A stretch of 64,000 nt of DNA from Bacteriovoracaceae bacterium (GCA_048270185.1 JBLWTJ010000001.1:1632001-1696000), one strand, 5' to 3'. Shown: positions 28,502 through 38,921, numbered from the stretch's first letter. Numbers and translations: made by a program. Notes: generated by a model from the letters alone, not told the origin.

Positions 28502-29474
28502 TTTCGAGATATGTCTTTACAAATTTAACGTTGAAATACTTTAAATCATCCATTGAGTTAGGGAGTTTCCCTTCTTTTAAGGCCTGTGCTAATTCTTTCA
28601 CAGCATCTTCAATTGAATAAAGAGGTTTAAAACCTAATTCTTTTTCAATGAGTTCGCTTGAAATATGATAAGAACGGTTGTCATCAGTTGCAACCGTTTC
28701 GACTTGATCAACCTCACAAATATTACCAATTATTTCAGCAAGCTTTTCAACTGTATGATTTTGGCCGTTAACATTAAAGATTTTCTTCTGAATTTTATCA
28801 GTTGGCATGTCTAATAGATGTAGATATGCACGAACCATATCCTTTATATGAATATTTGGACGCTTTTGTTTTCCACCAAAAACCTTAATACAACCCGTAT
28901 TGATGGCATGATTAGTTAAAATGTTTACAACGACATCTAGTCTTTGCCTACGAGATAGACCACAAACAGTGGCAGGCCTTAAAATCGAAACAATAAAATC
29001 ATTACTGGCATACTTCAGTAGAATATCTTCACATAAAGCTTTGTACTTCGAGTAATCAGTTAAAGGCTCAAGAGATAATCCCTCATGAACATTCGATTCT
29101 TCTTTCACTCCATATACACTCGAAGAGGAAGCATAAATAAACCTAGAGACCCCCGCTTCTTTTGCTGACTGAACCAGCCCTTCAAAACAATCGAAGTTAA
29201 TCGTCTTTGAAAATTCAGGATTGAGATAATAAGAAGGATCATTTGAAATACAAGCGAGGTGAATAACGGTATCAATTCCGTAACAAGACGCTTTGAATGT
29301 ATCTAAGTCTCGAATGTCGGCCTTAATAATTTTAACATCGACTTCATTGAATACAGATTCATCACAATACCAAAAGAGATCATAAACAGTAACTTCATAA
29401 CCTTTTTTACAAAGTTCATGTACTAACTCAACACCAACATAACCAGCTCCGCCAGTTACTAATATCTTACTCAT
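28485..29474 (-). CDS. NAD-dependent nucleotide-sugar epimerase/dehydratase
   Basis: VTGGAGYVG, HLACISNDPS, SSSSVYG, YSKYK. Confidence 0.92.
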   Translation of the reverse strand: MSKILVTGGAGYVGVELVHELCKKGYEVTVYDLFWYCDESVFNEVDVKIIKADIRDLDTFKASCYGIDTVIHLACISNDPSYYLNPEFSKTINFDCFEGLVQSAKEAGVSRFIYASSSSVYGVKEESNVHEGLSLEPLTDYSKYKALCEDILLKYASNDFIVSILRPATVCGLSRRQRLDVVVNILTNHAINTGCIKVFGGKQKRPNIHIKDMVRAYLHLLDMPTDKIQKKIFNVNGQNHTVEKLAEIIGNICEVDQVETVATDDNRSYHISSELIEKELGFKPLYSIEDAVKELAQALKEGKLPNSMDDLKYFNVKFVKTYLENENRN

Positions 29475-31669
29475 TACTTACCTTTTGCAATCTCACTAAA
29501 GAAATTTGGAAATGATTTATCGACACAATCACGATTATCTAGCTTACCTCCACCATTCACTAATTGAAAGAGGTAAGAAACCATAACCATTCGATGATCT
29601 CTTGGAGGAGTTATATCAACTTCTCTTCCGTCTGGGCTTTGCCCCGTTATCTCTAAATAATCCTCTTCACGGTTGTGGGTGTATTCGATGTCATACTTAT
29701 TCATTAAGGACATAACGGCGGTTAAACGATCTGATTCTTTATGAATAAGAACCTCAACACTGCGAAGAATTGTCTTTCCTTGTGCGTATGAAGCAACAAA
29801 ACATAAAGTAGGGATGAGATCAGGACAATCGCGACAATCCATTTCAAAACCATTTAGTGTTTCTAATCCATTAAAGAGCAATCCTTCTTCAGTAAAATCA
29901 AAATCACCCCCAAGCTTTTCAAGTAGTCCAATGAATTGGCTATCAGCTTGAAATCGATCAATTCCTTTACAATTTTCGACAAGAACAGGTCCAGATAAGC
30001 AAGCATACGCTAAAGGGTAACCAAGAGAGCTAAAATCCACCGGAACTTCAAAAACTTCTTCACCACTTTTAAATTTTTCAATTAAATTTAGAGTCATATC
30101 CCAGTAAGGTCGACTAGTTGTCAACGCCACTGGTTCCACATCAATATCTCTTGGCGATAAGGCCATAGCAAGACCTGTGGCAAATTGAGTCGATCGGCTA
30201 CAATCAACTTCATAAACACCTTTTGTAATATTAATTGGTCCTTGAACTTGAAACCAAATATCTTGAGTTCTTACAACGTTAACTTCGAGCTCTTTCAAGC
30301 TTTGTTCCAACTCTTCCATCGGTCTTTCAAACATCTTTTCACTAGGAGTAAGTTTGTATTGATTTTCACCTAGGGCCAACAAAGGAATGATAAAACGATT
30401 CGTTGTCCCACCATCACCAGTATATAATTCAATTGGATCTTCACATGGAATTTCACATTCCGGAAATGAACCTTTAATCGTGACTGCGTCACCATCTTTC
30501 TCAATGCCAAGGCCAATAATCTCAAGGCAATTGAGCATATTAATAACATCACTTGACTCAGGCATATTAAGAAGTTGTATATCCTGAGGATAGAGTGCGG
30601 CAAGAATAAGTGCACGGTTAGCAAATGACTTAGATGGAGGGACTTTAATACGTTTTATAAAATCCTTTGGAGCACCTTTGCCAAGAGCATAATCAAGAAG
30701 CCTTTGTCTCATATCATCAAATGAAACTTTTTGAATTGATGGAGCTCCGATACCATTTGGTAAGATCACTTCAATTTCATTAAGGCTGACAACTTTCTTG
30801 TCTTTTGAGACATAATCCATAATCTCATCGACAGGGAGTGATTCCATCCACGGGCACATCAGAGCATCAAGGCCAAAGACATGCGAGAATTGAGTTAAGA
30901 ACTCATTTTCTTCATCTCTTTCAAAAATATTAAAAATTAACTTCATTCCCCAAAAGACTGCAACTCCATGAGGTATTTCATAAATTTTCTCAAGAGCATG
31001 CCCAAGAGTATGTCCTAGATTTAGGAACTTTCTAACACCACCCTCTTTAAAGTCTTGCTCAACAATTTCTTGCTTATACTTTGCACAGCGAAGTGTAATT
31101 TCATCAAAATTAGCTTCGTTATTAATTAATTGAAAGACCTGCTCGTCTAAGAAATAGTACTTGGCCAATTCACCAAGCCCAGACATGAAGTCTTCCTCAG
31201 CTAATGTGGTTAGAAATTGAGAACAAATATAGATTGTATCAGGTAAGTGAAAAGCACCAATTAAATTTTTTCCAAAATGAGAGTTGACTGCAACTTTACC
31301 ACCAATACTTGCATCAATCATTGAAAGTAATGTTGTTGGAATAACACTCCACTTGATACCTCTAAGAAGCATCGAGGCAACAAGACCAGCAAAATCACTG
31401 CAAGCGCCACCACCAATAGCAACGAGATGAGCACCACGATGAACCCCTCTTTCTAAGAAAAATTCACAAGCTCTCTCAACTTCACTTAGCTTCTTGCAAT
31501 CTTCTCCGGCAGGCGTGACGTAAAGTTCAATCCCTTCTCTTATATCGATAAGGTCTAGATAGAGACTATTGATATTCGAATCAACAACAATAAGAATCTT
31601 ATCTGACTCTATATTGTCGATGATATTATTAATTTCATTTACTTCATCAAATATCGTTATTTGTGACAA
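29474..31669 (-). CDS. aroB-aroA: Bifunctional 3-dehydroquinate synthase / EPSP synthase
   Basis: GGGA..D, PTTLL...DASIGGK, LNLGHTLGHA, then PPSKS.ANR, GDGGTTNRF, RP, S.QF, D.PD, KESDR, DHRM, KSFP. Confidence 0.93.
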   Translation of the reverse strand: MSQITIFDEVNEINNIIDNIESDKILIVVDSNINSLYLDLIDIREGIELYVTPAGEDCKKLSEVERACEFFLERGVHRGAHLVAIGGGACSDFAGLVASMLLRGIKWSVIPTTLLSMIDASIGGKVAVNSHFGKNLIGAFHLPDTIYICSQFLTTLAEEDFMSGLGELAKYYFLDEQVFQLINNEANFDEITLRCAKYKQEIVEQDFKEGGVRKFLNLGHTLGHALEKIYEIPHGVAVFWGMKLIFNIFERDEENEFLTQFSHVFGLDALMCPWMESLPVDEIMDYVSKDKKVVSLNEIEVILPNGIGAPSIQKVSFDDMRQRLLDYALGKGAPKDFIKRIKVPPSKSFANRALILAALYPQDIQLLNMPESSDVINMLNCLEIIGLGIEKDGDAVTIKGSFPECEIPCEDPIELYTGDGGTTNRFIIPLLALGENQYKLTPSEKMFERPMEELEQSLKELEVNVVRTQDIWFQVQGPINITKGVYEVDCSRSTQFATGLAMALSPRDIDVEPVALTTSRPYWDMTLNLIEKFKSGEEVFEVPVDFSSLGYPLAYACLSGPVLVENCKGIDRFQADSQFIGLLEKLGGDFDFTEEGLLFNGLETLNGFEMDCRDCPDLIPTLCFVASYAQGKTILRSVEVLIHKESDRLTAVMSLMNKYDIEYTHNREEDYLEITGQSPDGREVDITPPRDHRMVMVSYLFQLVNGGGKLDNRDCVDKSFPNFFSEIAKGK

Positions 31670-31671
31670 AA

Positions 31672-32664
31672 CTACACCTCGTATGCTTTCTGTCTTAAAT
31701 AGTGATCTGCTAAGACCACCCTTACCATTGATTCAACAACTACAACTGCGCGTGGGAGAATGCATGGATCGTGCCTTCCCTCTTTTGCATTTGCTCCAAC
31801 TGTTGAAGTTGGTTTGAATGTTAAATCAAGATTGATTAATTCACCATTGCTAATACCGCCTTCGATACCACCAAAGTTTGCACTATTTGTACTCACTTCT
31901 TGGCCACTCATATCGGCCATTTTTAAGCCAGCGCCAAAAGAGAAGCCGACACATGCACCAATTGAAAGTAGCGCCTTTGCCAGATCCGCCTTTAATTTAT
32001 CGAATGCAGGCTCACCAAGACCTACTGGACAATTTTCAATATTAACTGAAATGCGACCACCAACTGAATCTCCCTTGGCCTTCAAATCAATCAGATATTT
32101 TTCAATCTCTTGATCTCTACTTGGATTTCCAAAATTATACGTACCAAGATCTTGTGGAAAACTCTTTATTATATTTTCACATTCAAACGGCCCAAGCTTA
32201 GAAATAAAAGTATTAACTTTCACTTTAGGTAGAACCAAACTAGCAAAGTAGCCAGCGACAACACGGGCCACTGTTTCACGTCCACTACTTCTACCTCCTC
32301 CGCGGTGATCTCGGAGTCCATATTTTAATTCATACGTCTTATCAGCGTGACCTGGACGATAATTATCTTTTAATTTGTCATAGTCCTTACTTCGTTGGTT
32401 CGTGTTACGAATGATAACAGCAATTGGTGTCCCAAGAGTTTTACCCTCAAAAATTCCTGATAGAACTTCAGCTTGATCGGCTTCTTTTCTGGCCGTCACA
32501 CCTTTTGATCTTCCGGGTGCTCTCTTATCGAGCATGGCCTGTAAATCATCGTGATTGAAATCTAGTCCGCTAGGGACTCCATCAAGAACCACTCCTAGGG
32601 CCACACCATGTGATTCCCCAAAAGTTGTCATTGAAAACATTTTTCCAAATATACTTCCGCGCAT
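31672..32664 (-). CDS. aroC: Chorismate synthase
   Basis: TFGESHG, RPGHAD, RGGGRSSGRET, GGISNG, GRHDPC. Confidence 0.97.
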   Translation of the reverse strand: MRGSIFGKMFSMTTFGESHGVALGVVLDGVPSGLDFNHDDLQAMLDKRAPGRSKGVTARKEADQAEVLSGIFEGKTLGTPIAVIIRNTNQRSKDYDKLKDNYRPGHADKTYELKYGLRDHRGGGRSSGRETVARVVAGYFASLVLPKVKVNTFISKLGPFECENIIKSFPQDLGTYNFGNPSRDQEIEKYLIDLKAKGDSVGGRISVNIENCPVGLGEPAFDKLKADLAKALLSIGACVGFSFGAGLKMADMSGQEVSTNSANFGGIEGGISNGELINLDLTFKPTSTVGANAKEGRHDPCILPRAVVVVESMVRVVLADHYLRQKAYEV

Positions 32665-32747
32665 TAAAACTCCTATCTACCTATTATCACCTTAAAAACT
32701 CAAATATTCCAATCGCGACAGCTAGGTAAATATGTTATTTATAACAG

Positions 32748-33461
32748 ATGGAAAACTTAAAATACCTAAAAGATGTCATGGGGCTTGAAAAAGTAATCGA
32801 GGGCCTTAATAGCGCTACAAATGAAGAGCTTAAGCGGATTGATTTTTTAATTAAGCAAAAATCAAATAAAGATGAGCTTATTAACCTAGCACAAGACTCC
32901 ATTACTGCCCTTAAGCACAGTAATTCTAGTCTTGAAAAAGAGCTCTTTGATAAAGAAAAGAAGCTTGAAAATGCAAAAGCACAGCTTTCAACCGTGACAA
33001 CATCTCAACAGGAAGAGTCAGTTTCTAAAGCTATTGCAACTCTTGAGTCAGAATGTGAAAAACTCCAGGATCAGGTACTTGAAAATCTTGAAACGATTGA
33101 AGTAAAAGAAAGTGAAGTTAGTGAAGCCCAAGAGTTTATTTTAGGTGTGACACAAACAATTTCTGAGATCGAAGCAGAAGTTAAGGCCCTCCAGAAAGCC
33201 AATGATGAAAAGATCTTTCAATTAGAAGCTCAGATTATTGGCCTGATCAATGAAATCCCTACTAACGTTGCAAATTTATATAAAAAGGCAAAAGAAAAGC
33301 ATCAATACGATGCTGCAACTTTTATTATCGGCAATAGCTGTGGGCGCTGTAAATTTACATACGCTCCAGCTGAGTGTGCTCAATTTAACAATGGATTGGA
33401 TTTAATACTATGTAAGGGGTGTGGCAGACTACTCTTACCAAGTAGCCTACGTAATCTATAA
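32748..33461 (+). CDS. Coiled-coil protein with C4 zinc ribbon (DUF164/CT398-like)
   Basis: Long coiled coil then CGRC...CKGCGRLL. Confidence 0.8.
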   Translation: MENLKYLKDVMGLEKVIEGLNSATNEELKRIDFLIKQKSNKDELINLAQDSITALKHSNSSLEKELFDKEKKLENAKAQLSTVTTSQQEESVSKAIATLESECEKLQDQVLENLETIEVKESEVSEAQEFILGVTQTISEIEAEVKALQKANDEKIFQLEAQIIGLINEIPTNVANLYKKAKEKHQYDAATFIIGNSCGRCKFTYAPAECAQFNNGLDLILCKGCGRLLLPSSLRNL

Positions 33462-34850
33462 TTATTTGAAGTAATTCTCTAATTTTCCGTAGATATCAAG
33501 AAGACTAAAATATAGCTTCTGACGTCGACTGACATATTCAACATACTTATTCTCTGTACTAATAAGTCTTTCCTCGGCTGAAATAACATTATCAAAATCG
33601 GCACGGCCACGTGAGTAAAGTTTATTATATTCTTTAACAGATAGTGTCGCTAATTTATGACGATCAAGAACAAGATCAATTGTTTGATCGATAAGTCTAA
33701 TTGTATTTTTAAGTGCGTCTAATTGATTCTTCGTGCGAATTCTTGCTAATCGATATTGGTATTCAGTATTTAGTCGATTTACCCTTGCCTGCTTAAGAGA
33801 GTTTTCTTCTGTACCAAAACCAAGAGGAATAACGACAGTAAGCCCTATTTCAGTGGCATCATTATCTGAGCCAAAAGTCCCATTGCTAACAACATTGCCA
33901 GAAGAAGCTGTCGTATAGGCATTTGTTTTGTACGCACCTTTTAATTCTATTGTTGGAAAAACAGAATCATCGAATTTTTCGACAGTCTTATCAAGGGCCT
34001 CAAGTTTCTTATTAAGAGCTTGGATTGTTAGGTTTGAATCAACTTCTCCCGAGATTAACTTCTCAAGTTTCACTTTCTTAATTTCATAACGACTGATATC
34101 AGAAAATGAATGTGACTTCTCTAATTTACTCTCAAGAGTTTTCTTATATGATTCAAGTTGTGATTCAAGTTCAGCATATTCTTCACTAACAGAATTAACT
34201 GAAGACTGAGCAGTGAAAAGGTCGACTCTTTCTTTTAGGCCATCGCGAACTTGTTTTTCTACGAACTTAAGCCTTTTTAAGGCCCTCTTCTTGGCTTCAT
34301 TCTTAAGCTCTAGAAGTGTTTTTACTTTTTTATAATCATAGTATATCTCAATTAATGAGAGAACATTCTCCGAGACTTCAGCATCAAATTGAAACTTTGA
34401 AGAAGTTACATTCTTAGCAGCAATCTCTTCATCCGCTCTGTCATTTTGTCCTAAGAAATTCTTTCCAAAGCTTTGAGTATAGCTCATCTCTTGGTTATAG
34501 CCTTCGTACTGAGTACTTCCATCAAAATCGATATAAGAGCCTGTAAGAGAGAACTTTCCACCCCATTGGTTTTCTTTTGCAATTTCGGCGGCTGACGTGA
34601 ATGTTTCATAAGTATTAACAAGGTTTGGATTATTTGGATTTGAAATAAGTCCTACGTCATCAACTTGATTTAAAAAGCTTAAAGTCCAAGGTCTCTTGTC
34701 ACCTGTTTCAAGTTCAAGACTAAGTTTTGCTAACTCAAAATTATAACTTGCTACTTTTATTTCAGTTGAATTATTTAGGTATTCACGTACGTAACTCTTA
34801 AGATTTGCACTTGCAGATAATGACACAAGAGCCAATAAAATATATTTCAT
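33462..34850 (-). CDS. TolC-family outer membrane efflux protein
   Basis: Signal peptide, two OEP-like helical repeats (G....DL, FP..L, Y..G...F..V). Confidence 0.8.
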   Translation of the reverse strand: MKYILLALVSLSASANLKSYVREYLNNSTEIKVASYNFELAKLSLELETGDKRPWTLSFLNQVDDVGLISNPNNPNLVNTYETFTSAAEIAKENQWGGKFSLTGSYIDFDGSTQYEGYNQEMSYTQSFGKNFLGQNDRADEEIAAKNVTSSKFQFDAEVSENVLSLIEIYYDYKKVKTLLELKNEAKKRALKRLKFVEKQVRDGLKERVDLFTAQSSVNSVSEEYAELESQLESYKKTLESKLEKSHSFSDISRYEIKKVKLEKLISGEVDSNLTIQALNKKLEALDKTVEKFDDSVFPTIELKGAYKTNAYTTASSGNVVSNGTFGSDNDATEIGLTVVIPLGFGTEENSLKQARVNRLNTEYQYRLARIRTKNQLDALKNTIRLIDQTIDLVLDRHKLATLSVKEYNKLYSRGRADFDNVISAEERLISTENKYVEYVSRRQKLYFSLLDIYGKLENYFK

Positions 34851-34944
34851 TAAATCTCCAAAAAATGACTCAACTCTTATACGATTAAGGTTAAGAAAAG
34901 TTTTACCACGGTGATAATACCCTGACTAGCTGGCCAACAACACT

Positions 34945-34974
34945 TTGACAATCAACGTGACATAGGGCATAAAT
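34945..34974 (+). promoter_or_regulatory. Sigma70-type promoter of rnpB
   Basis: TTGACA (34945-34950), 17 nt spacer, CATAAA, ending 6 nt before the RNA start. Confidence 0.65.
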
Positions 34975-34979
34975 CCATC

Positions 34980-35339
34980 AGAGTTAAGGAGACTATCGCT
35001 GGTTTATTCTACTTCGGTATAATAGACGGGAGGAAAGTCCGGGCACCATATGGCAGCTTAGCGGGTAACGCCCGTCGGTCGTGAGACTAGGACAAGTGCA
35101 ACAGAAAGGAAGTACAGGGGTTTGAACTCGATTGGGGTAGCTTTTGCCGGCCAATCAGTGACGAGATTTATCTCACCTGCTGTAGTGAAAACAGGTAAAC
35201 TCTAGGCGGTGCAAGCTTGAATAGGTCGACTTATGGGGTAGCCAGCCCTTGTTGACGGGTTAAGCGCTCGAGCCAGTGGGTAACTACTGGCCTAGACGAA
35301 TGATAGTCCAATACAGGACCCGGCTTATACCTTAACTCT
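34980..35339 (+). ncRNA. rnpB: RNase P RNA, bacterial type A
   Basis: P1 agagttaagg/ccttaactct; GAGGAAAGTCCGGG, AGTGCAACAGAAA, GGTAAACT, GCAAG, P18 gccagt-gggtaact-actggc, ACCCGGCTTAT. Confidence 0.97.
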
Positions 35340-35350
35340 ACTTTTAAATT

Positions 35351-35378
35351 TGTGCCGCTTTTGCGGCACATTTCATTT
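35351..35378 (+). terminator. Intrinsic terminator after rnpB
   Basis: tgtgccgc-tttt-gcggcaca followed by tttcattt. Confidence 0.75.
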
Positions 35379-35390
35379 ACAGGGGGAATA

Positions 35391-37409
35391 ATGGAATATC
35401 CTAAACCTAAGAAAGTCTCGAAGGAGACAAAAATCCACAATCAAGTTTTAACAGATGATTATCACTGGATGCGCAATCGAGAAGATGACAGTGATGTTAT
35501 GAAGTATCTCAACGACGAGAACGCTCTCTTTAAAACTTATCTTTCAGATAAGAAAGAGTTAAAGAATACAATCTATGAAGAATTAAAGTCTCGTGAGCTA
35601 CAGACCTATGATACTTGCCCGTACCCACATGATGAGTATGAGTACTACGAAAGATATGAGGCCGGAAAAGATTATCCTATTCATCTTCGACGTAAACTTA
35701 ACTCAAAAGAAGAGCTCGTTTGTCTTGATGAAAATGAACTGGCAGAGGGACAAGATTTCTTAAGTGTTGGTGCTTTTGATGTATCTCCTTGTCACCGTTA
35801 TCTTATCTATACAGTTGATTACTCTGGTGATGAACTTTACGACTTATATATTAAAGACTTATCAACAGGAAAAGTAGTTTTAGAAGGGCCGAAGAAAGTT
35901 AATGCTGGAACTTGTTGGTTTAACGATTCAAAACACTTTGCCTATATTGAAATGGATGACAATCTTCGTCCATATAAAGTTCATGTAACAGATTTAGAAA
36001 ACTCTTTTGATAAAGTAGTCTACACAGAAGAGTCTGGTGAGTACTTTCTTTCTATTGAAGAAACAATGGATCATCAATATATCCTTATCAATGCGGGTGG
36101 TTCGGCCAATAACTCAATCTCATATATGAAAGCAGATGCGAGTAACCTCGAACCAATTGAAATCTTTGCCAAAGAAGACAAGATTGAATATAGCGTTGAA
36201 AGTGATGGCGATAATTTTATTGTACTAACAAATAAGTATCATGAAAATTTCTCATTAATTGAAACTCCAATTAATTCTCCATCATATGAAAACCCTAAAT
36301 TTATTATCGAAGGCTGTAGTGAACGCTATCTAATTAACTTCAATGTCTTTAAAGACTTTAAAGTTGTAAGCTTTAGAAGCAAGGGCCTTAACCAATTTAT
36401 GATTTTAAAAGATGGAAAAACTTTTGAAATCAATTTTCCAGAAGATGCTTATTATGCGGGTGGTGGTAATAATGCAAATTATGAAACATCTACATTTCGC
36501 TATAACTATAGTTCACTAACAACTCCATCAACTACTTATGACTTTGATATTGAGACTCAAGTTTCAACAAAGATTCACCAAGTTGAAGTGCCTGGATTTG
36601 ATCAAGGAAAGTATGAAGTTGAAAGACTATTCATTCCATCACATGATGGCGTTATGGTTCCAATGACAGTTATCAAGGCAAAGACGACAAAGATCGGTGA
36701 CCCGAATAAGTGTCTTCTTTACGGATACGGTTCATACTCGATTTCAATTCACCCATGGTTTAACCGCAATGTGATTTCACTTCTTGATCGTGGTTTTGTC
36801 TATGCGATTGGGCATATTAGAGGAAGCTCAACACTTGGGCGTCACTGGTATGAAAATGGTAAATTCCTTTATAAGAAAAATACTTTTGAAGACTTCTACG
36901 CTTGTGCCAAGTACTTGGTTGAGAATAATTACACGGCCAAAGGTAAGATTGGGATCATGGGCGGAAGTGCAGGTGGAATGCTTGTGGGGGCCACAAGTAA
37001 CTTAGACACTGATGGAATTATTGGTGCAGTCGTTGCTGACGTACCATTTGTTGATGTTCTCAACACAATGCTTGATAGCAGTCTACCTTTAACAGAACTT
37101 GAGTATGAAGAGTGGGGAAATCCAAATGACCTCGAATACTTCGAGTATATTAAGTCATACTGTCCTTATACAAATATTCAAAAGCGAGACTATCCTGCCG
37201 TACTAGCAATTGCAGGATTAAATGATCCACGTGTAACTTATTGGGAGCCAATGAAGTGGACATACAAACTACGTGATCTTTCAACAGACTCGAGAGTAAA
37301 ACTTCTTTGGACAAATATGGAAGCAGGACATGCCGGAGCTTCTGGACGCTTTGAAGCGTTTAAAGAAGTTGCCGACATCTACACTTTTTTAATTAATGAA
37401 TTAGAATAA
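35391..37409 (+). CDS. ptrB: Oligopeptidase B (S9A)
   Basis: DDYHWMR, YGYGSY, GGSAGG, NDPRV.YWEP, GHAG.SGRF; ATG 35391 after AGGGGG RBS. Confidence 0.93.
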   Translation: MEYPKPKKVSKETKIHNQVLTDDYHWMRNREDDSDVMKYLNDENALFKTYLSDKKELKNTIYEELKSRELQTYDTCPYPHDEYEYYERYEAGKDYPIHLRRKLNSKEELVCLDENELAEGQDFLSVGAFDVSPCHRYLIYTVDYSGDELYDLYIKDLSTGKVVLEGPKKVNAGTCWFNDSKHFAYIEMDDNLRPYKVHVTDLENSFDKVVYTEESGEYFLSIEETMDHQYILINAGGSANNSISYMKADASNLEPIEIFAKEDKIEYSVESDGDNFIVLTNKYHENFSLIETPINSPSYENPKFIIEGCSERYLINFNVFKDFKVVSFRSKGLNQFMILKDGKTFEINFPEDAYYAGGGNNANYETSTFRYNYSSLTTPSTTYDFDIETQVSTKIHQVEVPGFDQGKYEVERLFIPSHDGVMVPMTVIKAKTTKIGDPNKCLLYGYGSYSISIHPWFNRNVISLLDRGFVYAIGHIRGSSTLGRHWYENGKFLYKKNTFEDFYACAKYLVENNYTAKGKIGIMGGSAGGMLVGATSNLDTDGIIGAVVADVPFVDVLNTMLDSSLPLTELEYEEWGNPNDLEYFEYIKSYCPYTNIQKRDYPAVLAIAGLNDPRVTYWEPMKWTYKLRDLSTDSRVKLLWTNMEAGHAGASGRFEAFKEVADIYTFLINELE

Positions 37410-37862
37410 TTTTTTTAGGTCCTGGTGAGAGATCGCTAGGACCTTTGTAAACTTTGTTTTCTTATGTTCACTTGACCAAATAAACCCAGTCATCTCATCA
37501 TCTTTTAAAATAATTTTTAAATCACCTTCACCAAGTCCAGGCCTCACACCCTCATCATTATCATGGGGAAGACTTGAACAATCATAAACTCTGACAACAC
37601 CATCACCTAAGATGTCAACGACAACAGCAAGGTGCCCAGTATCGCCCTTTTGTGGAATAACTGTTTTTCGCCAACAGATAATATCACCCACTTCAAGTTC
37701 ACTATACTTAGTTTTCTTCTCTTTTGCTTCTTCAAGGAAATCAAAGAATTGATAGGCTTTTTTAAATGGAAGTTGAATTTCGTCACGTGAAGCTAAAAAT
37801 TTGATTGCCGTGTAGCAATTAAAATTATGATCTTCTCTAATAATACTTCTGTTTTCTAACAT
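37401..37862 (-). CDS. Putative NlpC/P60-like (Cys-His) hydrolase
   Basis: FNCY, GDIICW, TGHLAVV pattern. Confidence 0.55.
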   Translation of the reverse strand: MLENRSIIREDHNFNCYTAIKFLASRDEIQLPFKKAYQFFDFLEEAKEKKTKYSELEVGDIICWRKTVIPQKGDTGHLAVVVDILGDGVVRVYDCSSLPHDNDEGVRPGLGEGDLKIILKDDEMTGFIWSSEHKKTKFTKVLAISHQDLKKLF

Positions 37863-38896
37863 ATCTTCTCTAATGCCTTACTTGTGGCCGTTGAAATATT
37901 AAGCCTAGGACCAAGTTCATAAGCTTCAAAACTCTTATCCTTGGCATGCTTTGCATATGCTTTAAACTGAGTCTTATTTAACTCTAAGATATAATTTGTA
38001 ATCTTATACTTAGTGATCGTCGTCTTATACGATACTAATTCATCTAAGGCGACACTATTCTTTAAGTAAGGATATTGTTTTAGATCATTATCTTCACTTT
38101 CAATAATAAAAGTTGGACATTCAACCTGACCACTTAACCATTCAGTATCTTCTTTCATATACCCGAGAATACTATTCTTATTCTTAACAATGACTCGAAG
38201 TAGAGAGAGATCATACGACTTTTTAACCTTTTTAACCGGAATCTCAGGGTACTCAAGAGGCGCCCCACTCTTAGCAGCTACACATTTCTTCTTCATTGGA
38301 CAAGTAAGACAATTTGCAGCGCGGGCCTGGCAGTAGATACGGCCGAGATCCATTAAGGCTTCATTTATAGCACGAGGAGAATGATTATAGATTTCTTTAA
38401 AATCACCTTCTACAAATTTATTCTTAATAAGCTTTTGAAGCTTAGCTCCTTTTGCATGTTGAATACCGTAGAGACGAGAGATGACTCTTTCAATATTGGC
38501 ATCGATTGATAGAGCTTGTTGGTCTTGTCCAATACTTAAAATAGCATTGGCCGTGTATTCACCGATTCCAGAGATTGTCACAAGCTCTTCATAGCGACGT
38601 GGTATCTTTCCATTGAAGTTTTCAACGATATCGATAGCTGCCTTTCTTAAATTTCTTGCACGCCGGTAGTAACCAAGACCTTTCCATGCCACACAAATCT
38701 CATCTTCAGTTGAATTAGCAAGGGCCTTAATATTAGGATAAATTTTCAAGAAACGATCAAAATGATTTTGAACTGTTCCAACAGTTGTTTGTTGCAACAT
38801 TATTTCAGACACAAGTGTCTTATAAACAGTACGATTTTTTCGCCATGGAAGATTATTGTGGGTCTCTTTTGACCACTTCAGTAAATTGGAATACAT
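37856..38896 (-). CDS. mutY: A/G-specific adenine glycosylase
   Basis: LPWR, VSEIMLQQT, WKGLGYYRRARNL, GIGEYTA, C-x6-C-x2-C-x5-C Fe-S motif. Confidence 0.95.
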   Translation of the reverse strand: MYSNLLKWSKETHNNLPWRKNRTVYKTLVSEIMLQQTTVGTVQNHFDRFLKIYPNIKALANSTEDEICVAWKGLGYYRRARNLRKAAIDIVENFNGKIPRRYEELVTISGIGEYTANAILSIGQDQQALSIDANIERVISRLYGIQHAKGAKLQKLIKNKFVEGDFKEIYNHSPRAINEALMDLGRIYCQARAANCLTCPMKKKCVAAKSGAPLEYPEIPVKKVKKSYDLSLLRVIVKNKNSILGYMKEDTEWLSGQVECPTFIIESEDNDLKQYPYLKNSVALDELVSYKTTITKYKITNYILELNKTQFKAYAKHAKDKSFEAYELGPRLNISTATSKALEKIC

Positions 38897-38921
38897 GAGA
38901 TATTTTTATCTTTTTTGGTAA

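Noticed and set aside
29474..31669. DHQ synthase domain as a sugar-phosphate cyclase serving the glycan cluster
   Set aside because: Fusion to EPSP synthase and adjacency to aroC favour true AroB
35231..35440. 69-aa minus-strand ORF and GTG start of ptrB at 35352
   Set aside because: They overlap the RNase P RNA and its terminator; ptrB has a better RBS and ATG at 35391
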